This document shows positions 33,075 to 45,377 of a stretch of DNA of 64,000 nucleotides, piece after piece; within the stretch, counting starts at the first letter, position 1, and each line of letters begins with the position of its first letter. The translations under genes and the position numbers were made by a program. The DNA is from Patiria miniata (Eukaryota). The notes beneath the pieces were generated by a model. It had not been told where the DNA came from. It saw only the letters and a program-made list of their open reading frames with translations, and made no database searches. The DNA is taken from positions 1,073,983 through 1,137,982 of the forward strand of contig NW_024037060.1 of NCBI RefSeq assembly GCF_015706575.1, written 5' to 3'.

Positions 33075-34093
33075 GCATGTTTTATTTCTCCATGGTACAA
33101 GTATACAGTATTTCATCAACTCGGACCCACGACCAACTCGGACCAACGACCAACTCGGACCCACGACCAACTCGGACCCCAACTCGGACCCAACAATGAC
33201 TTAATCATTAGTTAAAGTTATTAATTTGAAATAGGCCTTTCATTTCATGTAATTGTTAGTTTTTTTAATTTTTTTTTTTTTTACGAATCTGTTTAACTTT
33301 TTATACTTTTTTGATTAACTTTTTTGTTCAATATGGAACCTTCGTTTTTCTTGCAGTGTATGCAATGGTGTTTATGTGTTTTTTTTTTTAAATACATGTA
33401 CATGTAGAGTTTAGAGTAGTCTTCGTTTTTATACCTTAATTATTTTATTTAATGACTTATATAATGTTTACTTATATTTATTGAATTAATAATGTCATGT
33501 TTGAAAGTGTTTATGTTTCAATGTCATACTTTTCAATTTTATTTTTCTATGAAGATCTGTTCTGAATTTATGTGGTGTTAATTAAAAAGGAAATAAATTG
33601 CTGTTAAATTGAGCAAGATGGCATGAACGATGTCAAATATGAAAATGAATAATTGGTTAAACTTTAATTTTAATTACTTTTGGTTAAAGTGCAATATGTT
33701 TCAATGGAAACAAATGATAAAAATAAATAATTAATTACACTTTTAAAAGCGCATTTCAAAATAGCATTTCAATGCGCTTACAACAACAAACTGCTGCAAG
33801 TGCAATACAGATATTTTACCTGACAACTACAATGAAAATTTATACTTACCAGTAACAGCATCACTGTATTAACAGATGATAAGTGGACAAACTGTATGAA
33901 ATTGTCGAATGATTGAAAACGCTGTCGAATGATTGTAAACGATGGGTCCGAGTTGGTCATACATGGGTCCGAGTTGGTAGTGGGTCCGAGTTGGTTGTGG
34001 GTCCGAGTTGGTGGTGGGTCCGAGTTGGTAGTGGGTCCGAGTTCGTATGGGTCCGAGTTGGCTCGGGTCCGACTTGGTTTGGGTCCGAGTTGG
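33075..34093. mobile_element. Foldback-like roughly 1-kb insertion with inverted arrays of the unit AACTCGGACCC, upstream of P3
   Basis: Left array 33115-33195 (CAACTCGGACCCACGAC x5); right inverted array 33945-34095 (GGGTCCGAGTTGGT x10). It replaces about 140 bp (aggcctaggcgcaaggct...gcctagcatgtc) that is present upstream of P1, P2 and P4. Confidence 0.65.
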
Positions 34094-34442
34094 ATCGAAA
34101 CCCTGACTAAGCCTGACTTGCTATTGCGGCTTAATTTCCTTTCCTTAAATTGATCTTTGTTTTGTTCCAGTAACCGGTTGTTTACATTTTAAAACTTTCT
34201 CCGATTCTTTCAGCTAAGTGACGTGCCATGCGTGTGGGTGGTAATCAGGTTATGAACTGCCCACCTCTTTCAAGGGTCCTGCAAAAAGGATGTGGCAGGC
34301 TGCAGGCAGAGGCAGTCGCTATGTCTTAATTAAAGTCACCCTTGCTGCATCTGGTGCAGATGTCCTGATAACCAACAAATCCCACACAGGTTGAGAGACC
34401 GCTAGTCACGACACTAGTTTGAATTGAACACATCAAGTAACC

Positions 34443-34713
34443 ATGGCAGAAACCGACGCCCTGTTGTCGTACGTAGCACCCAAGCATTCACACCCAAGCT
34501 TGACCAAATACGATACTGTCAATGGGGACCGTGACATCCTTAGTGCGGAGACCCCATCTCCTCTGACGAACAGCTTGAAGAATGAGAGGGGAAAGCCCAT
34601 GACAGGAGAACACGTGGTGTACAAAGCAAGGTGGTTCATTCTGGCCGTCTTCTCGCTACTTTGTATGTTGCAAGCAGCAGCGTCGAACGCATGGGGTCCC
34701 ATCGCAGACACAG
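34443..34713 (+). CDS. SLC49-family (DIRC2-like) paralog P3, exon 1/11
   Basis: aaccATGG; 90 aa + phase-1 G; MAETDALLSYVAPKHSHPSLTKYDTVNGDRDILSAE...RWFILAVFSLLCMLQAAASNAWGPIADT; GT at 34714. Confidence 0.8.
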
Positions 34714-35187
34714 GTTTGTCACACAATTTCACCAGTTTGTGCTGACAGGAGAGTTGTAACCAAGTCATTTTTGTCCTAGTCCAGTCAAGTCACAAGCCAT
34801 ATATTTTCAAGTCAAGTCTCAAGTCATTTTTTCCCAAGTAAAGTCAAGTCTCAAGTCAAAAAAGTAGCGACTTGAGTCCGACTCGAGTCCGAGTCAGCGA
34901 CTCGAGTTAACAACACTGGCTGACAGCGTTGGCAGAAAATGTCTGATCTAACCCAGTAACCGCAGAATCCTTCGTTACGGGATGTAAACATGTGCATAAT
35001 CCAAAATTCCTCTCTGACCCGTAAAAATAATTTGATTCCTTTTAATTCTAGGACCTACCTATAGATCTGGAATTATAATTTATATTTTGTACATAATATC
35101 AGATTTTCAATGTACATACTTATAATATAAGCTCCATTGATTGTAATGCATGATTTTAAACCTAATTCTTCATCATCTGATTTCTAG

Positions 35188-35298
35188 CCAAGGTTGTGTT
35201 GGACTGGACGGATGGTGACATAGCCCTGTTGGCCAACTGGGGTCCCATTACATTCGTAATCACCAGCTTTTTCTTTTCCTATCTACTTCTCATCAAAG
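35188..35298 (+). CDS. P3 exon 2/11
   Basis: 111 nt; AKVVLDWTDGDIALLANWGPITFVITSFFFSYLLLIK. Confidence 0.8.
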
Positions 35299-35745
35299 GT
35301 AAGAAATTGTCACACAATGATCTCATGGTTTTCATGTTGTGTTTTGTGAAATTTGTTTTTTTTTGAGAGCTACCTTGTGGGGTACTTGCACAAATGGAAC
35401 AATGGTGCCGTATTTGTGTCTGCCGGTTGTTGTCTAACGGTGCCCAGAAGGGAAATTCTAAAGAAGAAGAATAAGAGTAGAACAATGCAAGACCCATAAG
35501 CCTCATCTATAAGGTTGGGTGTAGGTGCAGGGGAGGGGGGGGGGTAGTTTGGGGCAGTATAAGGTGTTAACATCCCTCCCTCTTAAAACAGACAAAATTT
35601 GAATGGAAAAAAAAACGCACTTCCCTTTGAAAATAATTTTTAGAACACATGCTTTAAAGACATTAAATAGTGTTAACATGTTTTAAACTCACGGAAATAG
35701 TGCAAAATAATTCATCAGCTATCTGTTTCTTTTCGTGTCCTGCAG

Positions 35746-35836
35746 GTTTCAGGTTTTTCGTATTATGCAGTTCCTTGATCTTCCTATTGGGAGTCGCTAT
35801 ACGGTGCATTCCTGTCGGTGTAGAAAACGTGAAGTG
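35746..35836 (+). CDS. P3 exon 3/11
   Basis: 91 nt; GFRFFVLCSSLIFLLGVAIRCIPVGVENVKW. Confidence 0.8.
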
Positions 35837-36048
35837 GTAAGAAAAATTACGAAGGCACAGATTGATTAATTTTCTATTTTGTCTTATTAGCTTACTTAGG
35901 TGGGACTTGAACCCAGGACCTCCTGGACTAGTGCAGATGTCTCAACATGACTACGTTGTAGTACCATATTCAAACCATGGAATATTCATTGTCACATTGT
36001 AAATTGTCGTCTTCGATGATTAAATGTCTGTTTTGTGTTTTATCCAAG

Positions 36049-36249
36049 GACAATGAACGCTGGCCACGTTTTAATTGGCATAGCTGGTCCCGTTATGATG
36101 TCAGCACCAACTGAATTATCAGCGGTCTGGTTCCCGCCTCACCAACGGACTACGTCCACGGCCATTTCTATGACCTCAGCATTTTTTGGCATGTCCATGT
36201 CGTTTCTGGTGGGGCCATTAGTGGTCACAAGTCTTCCGCAAAATGCAAG
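36049..36249 (+). CDS. P3 exon 4/11
   Basis: 201 nt; homolog of P1 exon 4. Confidence 0.8.
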
Positions 36250-36509
36250 GTAGTAACCTTACCTATTTGGTTAGTTTCACGTTTGTTCTTGTTTTAGAGC
36301 AACTGATCTTTGGGAAGAGAACTAATTGAAATCAATTGTCTCTTTGCGACAATGGAAAAGAAGGTTTACTTTTGGTAAATTGAAGAATTATGAATTGTCA
36401 AAATGTTGTTCTTAAAAATATCGCTAAGCTGTTACCAAATAATGTTTTTCTTGAATTAACAAAAGAAAAAAAAAAATATTGCATTGTAACAGTGAATATT
36501 TGGTTTCAG

Positions 36510-36583
36510 TTCACATGCAGAATCCATAGACCCAAAGGAGAAAGCACTGTACTTCAATGAGATAATGAAGTTAATGTATATAG
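36510..36583 (+). CDS. P3 exon 5/11
   Basis: 74 nt; SSHAESIDPKEKALYFNEIMKLMYI. Confidence 0.75.
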
Positions 36584-37137
36584 GTATGTACAAACTATTG
36601 TCTTTCCAAAAAGTTACAGGGCTTAATGTTTTGGTCGTAGTAAAACTTCAGTTAAGGCAAACAGAATGTTGCCTGTAACAAAGGTCTAACTGTATTCCAC
36701 GTCACTCTAGTCAATAAGCAGTCTCCAACAATTTAGTCTTTTAAATATTCGTTGTCAGATTTGATTCCAAAAAGGGAGGCTTCGGGATTTGTTTTTAATT
36801 TTATTGAAGTTGAAAAAAAAAAACCATAAAAGACTTCCCTGAAAAGTCTTTTGACTGTTGAACCCACTGCTGTTCCGGATTTAAACCAGCCGGGCAACCT
36901 AACCAACCAAGGTGGTCGAGTGATTAAACATGATTGCGCTTTTAACCAAAATGTTGTTGGCTCAAGTCCCACCTGAACAAGCTTGAGGCTTTTATTTTCT
37001 GACTAGTTGCCAGACAGCGTTTAGTGTATATAAATTGCTGCGAGTGCCTATTAAATTACATTGGGGAAGGGTGAAACCTAATATAAACAATAGATATTAC
37101 ACACATTTGTATTATTTGTTTTCATTTGATGTTTCAG

Positions 37138-37267
37138 AATGTGGAGCTGTGGCCGTCGTGGTCATCGCGGCTCTATTGTACTTCCCTGAGAAGCCACCAA
37201 CCTCACCCAGCTTATCTGCCACCAAACCTCGGGAAAGCTTCAAAGATGGAGCCCTGAAGATGATCAA
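37138..37267 (+). CDS. P3 exon 6/11
   Basis: 130 nt; homolog of P1 exon 6. Confidence 0.8.
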
Positions 37268-37437
37268 GTTAGTCTTTAGACAACTGTCCAAAAATTGGAA
37301 GAAGAAAACTTAATTTTCAATTTTTTAAGAAACATGCTTTAATTCAATCAAGTGTCAACACGTATTAATCATAATCCTTAACTCTGAAACAGCTAAAGAT
37401 TAAAAGAGTCCCATTTTTGTTGAATATTTGGTTGAAG

Positions 37438-37549
37438 GAGCACCCATTTTTGGATTCCTGCGGCAGCCTACAGCATATCATCTGGAGTTTACGGTGGCTG
37501 GACCACGCAAATGGACACAATTTTCAAGACTACTCTGAATATAGGACAG
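37438..37549 (+). CDS. P3 exon 7/11
   Basis: 112 nt; KSTHFWIPAAAYSISSGVYGGWTTQMDTIFKTTLNIGQ. Confidence 0.7.
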
Positions 37550-37719
37550 GTAACAATCACAATATTCAAAATTATTTATAATTGCTGAAAGTTTTGTTTA
37601 GTACAAGTGCGGCACTGTCCAATATGCTATGCTAGTCTCTGTTGAGTTGTGCTTAGCTGTGTTGTGTGATTTAGCCATGTTAGCAGATGAATTTCTAATA
37701 TTTGGGTCATTTTTTTCAG

Positions 37720-37787
37720 GACACTGTTGGTTGGATTGGATTCATCTCCAATATTGCCGGGATGCTGGGAGGCTTGATAGTTGCAAG
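37720..37787 (+). CDS. P3 exon 8/11
   Basis: 68 nt; DTVGWIGFISNIAGMLGGLIVA. Confidence 0.8.
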
Positions 37788-38164
37788 GTGAGTGGTGCAA
37801 CAGTGTCACAAAAGTTTCACTTCAGTAGAAAAAATTGCTCCTCGTTGAGCTTTGGTCCCAATGGAGGATCAGGAGGGCGCTGGGGGGGGGGGGGGGCTTA
37901 GTCCCCTTAAACTCTCCAGTAAGGTGAAACAGTCTGGATCTTAAGCTCAGACATTTTGTAGTTTACATGTATGTGCCTGGGTTGGTCTACCTTTCCACTC
38001 CCCATTTTATAAAATGTACCAGTCCATTGACCTGTGTGGTTATATTAGGTGAGTGATAAGGCATACAGGATCACCAGGTCAGTGCCACGCTCACGTAGCT
38101 GGTCACACAGGGTGAAAGTTTTCCATTGAAAAAATCATGCATTCAGATGCTGATCTGGATCACT

Positions 38165-38400
38165 TCCAAATTATTTGGGGGGGGGGGCAAAAAAATGTTG
38201 GTCCCCAAAAAGTGGGTCCAAGAATATAACTCTGTGGGTTTTGGGGACCGCTTAAGGGACCGCCAAATTTTTTTTTTGATTCTAGTGGTGTGATCTGTGG
38301 TGCGATCTGAGGCAATTTTCTGACCACTTTGACCCAATTTTTTTGAGGAAAAGATGGTGGTGTACGCAGTGCCTGCCTTAATGACCCCCCCCCCGTACCA
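38165..38400. repeat. Internal fragment of MITE family A without TIRs (P3 intron 8)
   Basis: Matches the MITE-A core (GTGGGTCCAAGAATATAACT...GCGATCTGAGGCAATTTTCTGACCACTTTGACCC) but lacks both termini. Confidence 0.5.
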
Positions 38401-38539
38401 AGGACCACCCCTAAATGAGTGACGGCAGGAGTATGCCATCGAATAGTAAGACAATTCTTATTTGGCAATGCGTTTGACAAATTGCAGTCTTCACTCTTGT
38501 TAAATATTTTATCTCTCCTTGTTTTTGTGACTTCACCAG

Positions 38540-38658
38540 ACTTGTAGACATCCTAGGCGGTAGGATGAAGGCAGTATTGATTTCACTCACCATGGCAGCC
38601 TTCGTTAGCTGTGTATGGTATGTCCTACTCTCAATGAAGTATATCTCATATAGTTTAG
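38540..38658 (+). CDS. P3 exon 9/11
   Basis: 119 nt; RLVDILGGRMKAVLISLTMAAFVSCVWYVLLSMKYISYSL. Confidence 0.8.
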
Positions 38659-39032
38659 GTGAGTAACATGAGAAAGTGTCGAAAAAAATGTAATGCGCAC
38701 ATTTATTTTTATGTGTGTTGTTTGGGCTTCAACTTCAAGTTGAGATTATCTGAAAGATTGTGAAATTGAAGCAGATACGGGCAAATTTCTAACAGGGGTG
38801 CAGAGTTTCGAAAATTTTCAGGTTGTTTTATTTATCTTAAAAAGCTTCATAAGAAAATGTGAACACCCCTAATAAAAAAAAAATGAAATATGACAGTCAC
38901 CCAGGTTTTACAAATGTTTTAAGCTTATACCAGACAAACATTGCAAGTGTTTTCAATGTTTATTTTTGGGAATTGTTTATTGGACATTCACCTATATTTG
39001 ATTCTGTGATATGTGTTTCTCTTTGGTTACAG

Positions 39033-39215
39033 TGAGCGTCTACATTGCATGTATCTTCTTTGGACTTTTCATCAATGCCTCCTTCCCCATATACTTTGAG
39101 ATCACGGTCGAGGGCATGTATCCTGTCTCAGAAGGCAACATAACAATGGTGATGACATTCGTGACCAATGTGGTTTCTGTGATATTCCTGTTGCCGCCGA
39201 TGATTCCAAATCTAA
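39033..39215 (+). CDS. P3 exon 10/11
   Basis: 183 nt; ...EITVEGMYPVSEGNITMVMTFVTNVVSVIFLLPPMIPNL. Confidence 0.75.
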
Positions 39216-39392
39216 GTAAGTTCAAAATTCTGAAATAACTGAGGCTGCTACCACCGTCACAATGGACTCAGTGTGCAAACAAGAGAGGGCGCTTTTTCTA
39301 CCACTTTTGAGAGCCATGTGGACGGGAGACATCATGTGCCCGTTCTGGTTCATGCACCTGCAGCATGAAGGAGGCATGACTAGTTTTATTTT

Positions 39393-39670
39393 CAGGGGGT
39401 GAGCCAGAACACAATTTTTTTTGGGGGGGGGGCCAAAAAAATGTTGGTCCTCAAAAAGTGGGTCCAAGAATATAACTGCGTGGGTTTTGGGGTCCGCTTA
39501 AGGGCCCCCCCCCAAAAATTTTTTTTTTTGATTCTAGTGGTGTGATCTGTGGTGCGATCTGAGGCAATTTTCTGACCACTTTGACCCAATTTTTTTGAGG
39601 AAAAAATGGTGCTGTACGCAGTGCCTGCCTTTATGACCCCCATTGCCCCCCCCCCCTGGATCTGCCCTTG
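39393..39670. mobile_element. MITE family A copy (P3 intron 10)
   Basis: CAGGGGGTGAGCCAG...CTGGATCTGCCCTTG. Confidence 0.6.
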
Positions 39671-39943
39671 TTTATTTTGAATATGCATATAGCCATGTCA
39701 TCTCTCATGAGCCTCGGGCGTCTCTCCCAGTGGTCTCCCCCAACTCTGCCCTTCTTACCGTTGAGGGGGTACTTGTGCACAGAGCCCGTAGACTCGCCCA
39801 TTATGCCCTGCCCAATTTTGTTTCAACCAATCACAGCCTTGAAGTCTAGCAACAAGTCCAATAAGTGCTCAGCAAATTTTTGTGCTGAGTAGCTGTATGA
39901 AATTGTGTTGGTCATTGATATTTTCCTCCACGTTCGCCATCAG

Positions 39944-40068
39944 GTGTGATTTGGATGAACTGGCTCCTTCTAGGTTCAGTCTTTGTGTGCTTGCCTCTCC
40001 TCATGATGTATAAAGAGCATTATAATCGTCTGGATGAAGATATGACGGAAAGTATCCAGAGAGGATAA
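39944..40068 (+). CDS. P3 exon 11/11 (TAA 40066-40068)
   Basis: 125 nt; an extra A (GGAAAGT) relative to P1/P2 shifts the tail to ...EDMTESIQRG*. Total CDS 1485 nt, 494 aa. Confidence 0.75.
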
Positions 40069-41518
40069 CAAATGATATTGTCCTCTTCTAGGGCTAATTT
40101 CATATTTGATTATTCTAACTTGGACTTGATTGAATATTCAAATATATGAAATGCACCGATCAAAATTAACTGGCACTTGAATTATCATGTTTTTAATTCA
40201 TAATTTTCTCTCATTAACTAAGTTATGAACTTGCCAATGAGACGTTGCACACAAATCTTCAGACAGTATTAAGGTTAAGTTTGAATTGGAGTGACTTGCT
40301 CCAAGTTTTGACAGTTCTATATCCCCCTGGACTGTGTAGAGTACTAAGTGTAATACAGCATTATTACATTTAAAAAGTACAGTTTTTCCCCACAATAAGT
40401 GGGTATGTGGAAGACTGACGTACTAATTTTGAAACTCGTATTTGCTTGTATTCCCACATACTTCTCAACCAAGAAGTATTGAGGGCATTATTTCATTTAA
40501 TTGTTTATTTTTATAATTATTCACCGAAGTAAAATTAATTTTGTTTTAAAATCAACTAACTTGTAATTAATAGAATGTTTTGAAGCGTTAGGGTTGTAAA
40601 AGGAAAACGGTGCAAGACATGACTTTGACGGAATGCTTGCTTTAGAGAGACATAGATTGTAATTTTGCTTGAACACCTCTGCAAGTTTGTTGTATTGTTA
40701 TCTCACCAGCTCATGGAAAGCACTGAATATATAGTGAGTAAATAACAAAGATATTTAAACTTACAAGATATTTGCACAACGAAAGTGTTATTAATATTAA
40801 CATGCAACAAGTATCACTCAGGTCACCTGTAAAGTGAATAATTACATAATGTACATAGGTCTACATATTAATATTACAGGCAATGTTAACTTTTAATGAG
40901 GCTTCATCAATGCTATTGCATTTCCAATAATATTAAGAGGTGTTAAAGGCAGTGCTTATGTATCGAAGGTGGTTCGTTCTTAAATTTATACAAACTTAAA
41001 AAAAAAAAATTTCAACAATGTACATTGATAAAGATGATACTCGTTTTTCGTGTGTATAATGCTTGAAATTAGAAATGCTGGCATTTCTACCATGACTGTA
41101 AATTTGATTGGTATATTTTTTTAATTCAAAACAAATAGTCGACTTTTATCCAATTTCTCGTCACTCCAATCATGATTGATGCCTTATGCCGTTGAATTAA
41201 ACTTAACTTTTTTCTAGACGGTTTGACACAACTCTTGTAAATATGGGTAAAATGTTGGTGGTTTTTGTTAGAAGATTATTTGAGTGATGATTAATTGTAT
41301 TTCCTTTTGTAGTACGTATATGTGGCAATTATGGTGAAACTTCAAACCGATTGTTGCACTAAAACATTTTATAAAAATTTAATAGAAACCAAGTCTTTCA
41401 CATACTGCCATGCTTTATTTAAATGTCAGTTATTTTAAGGATAGTCATAAATTAACATGCGGTGGGCAGAAAAGTGATATTGTACTTTATTATTATATCA
41501 CAAATTTGACATAAGCCT

Positions 41519-41878
41519 TTATACAACACCTGAATAAATCCCCGTCATCTGATTGGTGAATTGTAGATCACGTGACATATTATTATTCGGTATAATGCAC
41601 GGTGCGACCATGCGTTATACCCATGCGTTATACCGTTTCACTTTGCGCTTGTTCCATGACGCGGTATTTGCGTGCAAAATGCATGCTGGTGTGCGCGTTT
41701 AGCGTAGCGCGTATTGTTCCAAGAATCCAAATAGCCAGCGCTACAGCGTTGGGTTTAAACATTTTCGTGAAGGGGTAGTTCAACATCTTTAAAATCAAAA
41801 TAAATTGTAGTTTATAATTTACCAATCAAATGACGAGAATTTATTTAGGTGTTTGTATAAAACAAATAACGAATGTTT
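41519..41878. mobile_element. Roughly 360-bp TIR element (about 55-bp TIR TTATACAA(A)CACCT(G/A)AATAAAT...) inserted in the spacer after P3
   Basis: Left 41519-41575 is the reverse complement of 41818-41872. Its internal module (gcgctacgcgc...gcacaccagcatgcatttgcacgcaaataccgcgtcatgg) also occurs at 20100-20270 and 22250-22410. Absent from the equivalent spacer after P1 (11400-11430). Confidence 0.5.
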
Positions 41879-41884
41879 TACGTT

Positions 41885-42005
41885 CGTGCGATGGAAAGAA
41901 TAATTTCATCGGTGACAGATTGAATGTTCTATTCCACTCGGCTTTGCCTCGTGGAATAGAACATTCAATCTGTCACCTCATGAAATTATTCTTACCATCG
42001 CACTC
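41885..42005. repeat. Second long perfect hairpin, with a loop nearly identical to the 20296 hairpin
   Basis: gtgcgatggaaagaataatttcatcggtgacagattgaatgttctattccactcggctttgcctcgtggaatagaacattcaatctgtcacctcatgaaattattcttaccatcgcac; the loop CTCGGCTTTGCCTCG is the reverse complement of CGAGGCAAAGCCGAG. Confidence 0.6.
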
Positions 42006-42094
42006 ACAAACATTCGTTATTTGTATAATATCGTTGTTTATTGTCATAACAAGAGAAAAAGAAAAAAGAAGATTTTATCCATGCGAACTAACGC

Positions 42095-42564
42095 CACTGA
42101 TCTCTATATAAAGACTGGATAGCTAATAAAGAGCTGCACAATGAATGAATTTGACGCCAAATTGGTGAGACCGGCTGGTGATCTACAAAGGACAAGTTGC
42201 CGTCTTTATAGACAGCATGATTTCTTTTGTAACGTCGCGGTTCACTTGACTTATATTTTGGCCACCACCACTGACCAACTGACCAAGGTTTACTACAATT
42301 TTTCTAACGTCGTGGTTACTTTTATAATGCCGCAAATCACTTTTTCGGCGTTTTTGAAATAATAATCACTACGGAAATGTGTCCCTTTTAGAACATCATA
42401 ATATGTGTACGTGACCAAAATGCGCGTCAACTGTTGATACAACGCGCGCGTATTTACGCGTAGAACGTTCGTATTATACGCGGCCATCTTCGTGAGACCG
42501 GGGGCGTCTACTGTGTTAATGTTGTATGCATATCCGCTATCCAGTCTTTATATAGAGATCAGTG
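42095..42564. mobile_element. 470-bp TIR element with 8-bp TSD ACTAACGC (hAT-like MITE) in the spacer after P3
   Basis: Perfect 29-bp TIR CACTGATCTCTATATAAAGACTGGATAGC; TSD at 42087-42094 and 42565-42572; the P1 equivalent (11470) has the single site gcgactaccgcagcc. Confidence 0.7.
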
Positions 42565-44378
42565 ACTAACGCAGCCATTGTTTAATATAACAACAATTTA
42601 TAACATTTTTAAACACCTTGCAAAGCAATAATGCCGTACATTTTTTTTAGTATTGTGCTGGAGAATTTCACTTTATTTATTAAGTAAACGCTTCAGATTT
42701 CAAATATGCACTTGTTATTTTTCAAGGCTGGGTTGGGGCAAGGCTTTGAAATGATAAAGCAAATAATTCTGCGCAAAAAGTACTGCATTTATTAATGTTA
42801 ATCGCGAAAAATTAATATTAACAAAGTTCATAAAGTACAAATGATACCAGTTGGTATGAATAAAACATGGCCATTTGCTTTTACTACCAAAATTTCAGCA
42901 TATTGTACGCATCAGTTCTGTATGAGTGAAGTACAAATGATACCAGTTGGTATGAATAAAACATGGCCATTGCCAGTGCTTTTACTACCAAAATTTCAGC
43001 ATATTGTACGCATCAGTTCTGTATGAGTAAATTTAAATAAACGCTTTTAATGAAAACCATTTGCTAAAATCTGATTAGTTTGCTGCACTATAAGCGTTAC
43101 TTCGTTTCATACGAATAATAAAAAGGAGTATATATTTGCTGCAGAGTTCAACTAATATATTTCAAAGCTGTGGCTTCCTTGAAGATATAAAAGCAAATAC
43201 GTTTGCGCAAAAACTACTACGTTTAAAAATGTGGATCGCGAAAAATTAATATACAAAAGTTCATAAAGTACAAATATTACATAATACCATATATCGTATG
43301 AATAAATACTGGCATTTGCGTATGCACGCGCTGTCGCTCCTGATCGGATGAGCTATAGTACAGAATCGATTTAAACAAAAATGAACTCGATTTGTACTCC
43401 CAGTAATTATATACTGGAGCCAGTACCGAGTCCAAACCAACGAGTCCGTGCCAAAATTAGCACAAAGACTCGAGTACGGGCCGAGTCCAAATAATTTTCG
43501 AGCAGTCGGGCCGATAACTTTTGTGTAGTTCTCGAGTTGTACAACACTGCAAATTTTTGGCAACAACTTGACATTGAGCAATCTCACCCATTTAATAATG
43601 GGATGGTCCAACTATTAAAGATCAAGGCAAAGCCGGCCGGTCGCGCCACAGGCTAGGCAGCGCAGCACGTACGTACAGGCGCAGCTATATGTCAAAGTTT
43701 TCCGTCATTCAATTTTAGTTACTCTTTCCGCACATTGAACTAAAATAACTGCTAAATGTGTTTGTAACCAAAGCTTCGGCAAATACAATATCTTATTACG
43801 ATTACATGCAATTACTTGTGAAGGACGGTGGAATCGCAGGGCGGCCTCGGACTGGTTTTGTGCACCGGTACTCGGTAGGCCTACGTACTGCTGTTTAGCA
43901 TGTTTAGATGATGTGCTGTATATTCTGTACGAATCTCGTGATCCGGCCATTCAACTTTTTCAAGGCGATTGTGTAGGCCCTATAGACTATTTCATCATAG
44001 TAGTACCGGTACAGTGCAGTGTCCACCGGCCCCTCTATCTTTTGGTCCTTAGGACGACTGTGCCAACATGCACGCCTAGCATGTCTGACTAAGCCCGACT
44101 TGCTTGTGGCTTAATTTCCTTTCCTTAAATTGATCTTTGTTTTGTTCTAACTGATTGATTGTTTACATTTTAAAACTTTCTCCAATTCTTTCAGCTTAGT
44201 GATGTGCCATGCGTGTGGGTGGTAATCAGGTTATGAACAGCCCAGCTCTTTCAAGGGTCCTGCAAAAAGGATGTGGCAGGCTGCAGGCAGAGGCAGTCGC
44301 TATGTCTTAATTAAAGGCACCCTTGCTGCATCTGGTGCAGATGTCCTGATAACCAACAAATACCACATAGGTTGAGAA

Positions 44379-44586
44379 ACCCCCGGACAACTTGTGAATG
44401 GAACATCCTCCCACCAGACGTTAGAGCTCAACCTGACATCAAATAATTCAAAGAGAGACTGCATCAAATAAATATGGATGAGCTGGTCAAAAAAGCTCAT
44501 TACAAAATTTAATCACCACTGCCACACTGACCTATACGTTATACCACCATCTGCAGTGTTTGCATACTATCCAGCAGAAGCAGAAG
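44379..44586. other. 208-bp P4-specific insertion 48 bp upstream of the ATG
   Basis: P1-P3 read ggttgagagaccgctagtcacg; in P4 ggttgaga|aacccccggacaacttgtgaatgg...cagcagaagcagaaga|gaccgctagtcacg. Confidence 0.6.
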
Positions 44587-44633
44587 AGACCGCTAGTCAC
44601 GACACTTGTTTCAATTGAACGCATCAAGTGACC

Positions 44634-44897
44634 ATGGCAGAAACCGACACCTGTTGTCGAGTGTAGCATCCAAGGATTCACACCCAAGCTTGACCAAATA
44701 CGATACTGTCAATGGGGACATTCTAAGTGCGGAGACCCCATCTCCTGTGACGAACAGCTTGAAGAATGAGAGGGGAAAGCCCATGGCAGGAGAACACGTG
44801 GTGTACAAAAGAAGGTGGTTCATTCTGGCCGTCTTCTCGCTACTTTGTATGTTGCAAGCAGCAACGTGGAACACATGGGGTCCCATCGCAGACACAG
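44634..44897 (+). pseudogene. P4 exon 1, disrupted: canonical ATG 44634 followed by a 1-bp deletion and in-frame TAG (codon 11)
   Basis: gacgccctgttgtcg changed to gacacctgttgtcg; exon is 264 nt versus 265 in P1; downstream homology (SKDSHPSLTKYDTVNGDILSAE...WNTWGPIADT) continues in the +1 frame. The next in-frame Met is at ...GKPMAGEH... just before TM1. Confidence 0.55.
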
Positions 44898-45377
44898 GTT
44901 TGTCACACAATTTCACCAGTTTGTGCTGACAGGAGAGTTGTAACCAAGTCATTTTTGTCCTAGTCAAGTCAAAAGTCACAAGTCATATATTTTCAAGTCA
45001 AGTCAAGTCTCAAGTCATTTTTTCCAGAGTGAAGTCGTCTCAAGTCAAAAAAAGTAGCGACTTGAGTCCGACTCGAGTCCGAGTCAGCGACTCGAGTCAA
45101 CAACACTGGCTGACAGCGTTAGCAGAAAATGTCTGATCTAACCCAGTAACCGCAGAATCCTTCGTTACGGGATGTAAACATGTGCATAATCCAAAATTCC
45201 TCTCTAACCCGTAAAAATAATTTGATTCCTTTTAATTCTAGGACCTACCTATAGGTCTGGAATTATAATTTATATTTTGTACATAATATCAGATTTTCAG
45301 TGTACATACTTATAATAAAAGCTCCATTGATTGTAATGCATGATTTTAAACCTAATTCTTCATCATCTGATTTCTAG

